From the NCBI GenBank assembly GCA_002633005.1, contig NMRA01000110.1, forward strand, positions 457,850 to 521,849: a DNA stretch of 64,000 bases, given 5' to 3'. Both the position numbers and the translations under genes were made by a program. Of this stretch, positions 63,243 through 64,000 are shown one piece after another. Below the pieces are notes generated by a model. It made no database searches and had not been told where the DNA came from. It saw only the letters and a list, made by a program, of their open reading frames with translations. Origin of the DNA: Phoronis australis (lineage: Eukaryota > Animalia > Phoronida). Every line of letters begins with the position of its first letter. The first letter of the stretch is position 1.

Positions 63243-64000
63243 GTAATCAATCATACAATAGTATCTTACTTATTCAGTGTTCTAGCCAGCAGTGGAAGAT
63301 GATGGGGGGATTTCAGGTCTTGTGTAGAACAGAGGAAATGGCTGTGTGTGCCTGGAGAGTTTGTCTAATTATTATATCTTATTATTACCTGGTTCTCCTG
63401 AGCTCAGAGCATGGAGAACCAGATGTTTGTATGCTACTATTGTATTTTATACATTGGTATATTTAGTGAAACGTGTCTGTTCAATTGTCTTAGCCCCTGG
63501 AAGACCGTGTTACGTAATCGAACACATGAAGATTGTGTAGGGCTCTACAGGCCAACAAATTTGGCAAACTTTGGAACATCATATCTCAGAAATGACTGAT
63601 TGGATTCTCCTGAAACTTTTAGATGCTATACTTTATGCATTGTTCTTCAAATTACATTTAGGAATTGTTTTTATATTAAAAATTATGTACTTTTGCATGA
63701 AGGGCTATCAAAAACAGGAGTGAAAATTCTTCTAAATTGTTTAAAGCGATTTGATTATATTTTTAAAAATGTATAACATTGTTTTTAAGATTTCACCTTA
63801 TTATCAAGCGGCATTTAGTCACGTTGTTTATACCATTGTTTTGCTATAATTTCTTCTTGGCCTAAAATGACATAGTCACATGATCACATGGTCACATGAT
63901 CCAATTGATGTTAGAGTAGAATAAAGTCAAAAATCTTATACTTACCAGTTTTAGAAAATAATATACTTTTACGGAATAAAAATTAATACATAACTTTTTT

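Overview
AT-rich, intron-rich eukaryotic genomic DNA from an invertebrate animal (probably a lophotrochozoan; the species cannot be determined from sequence alone), with two assembly gaps. Six spliced protein-coding genes alternate in orientation as three head-to-head pairs. These are RRP9/U3-55K (-, middle exons lost in a gap) with a group I p21-activated kinase (+); HSPA14 (-) with the single MANF/CDNF-family gene (+); and a C1orf74/UPF0739-like gene (-) with an uncharacterised EF-hand protein (+) that runs off the window. Exons were reconstructed by hand from GT-AG boundaries and phase continuity. Introns carry many minisatellites and MITE-like elements. The most notable unannotated signal is two independent, 5'-truncated Penelope-like retroelement insertions (about 6975-7305 and 16647-17112). 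Each keeps a GIY-YIG C-terminal coding remnant, an inverted terminal segment and a minimal type I hammerhead ribozyme motif with a variant core, and each lies in the sense orientation of its host intron. Other points of interest are apparently ancient HSPA14-MANF/CDNF head-to-head linkage and tandem repeats that have multiplied real splice sites.
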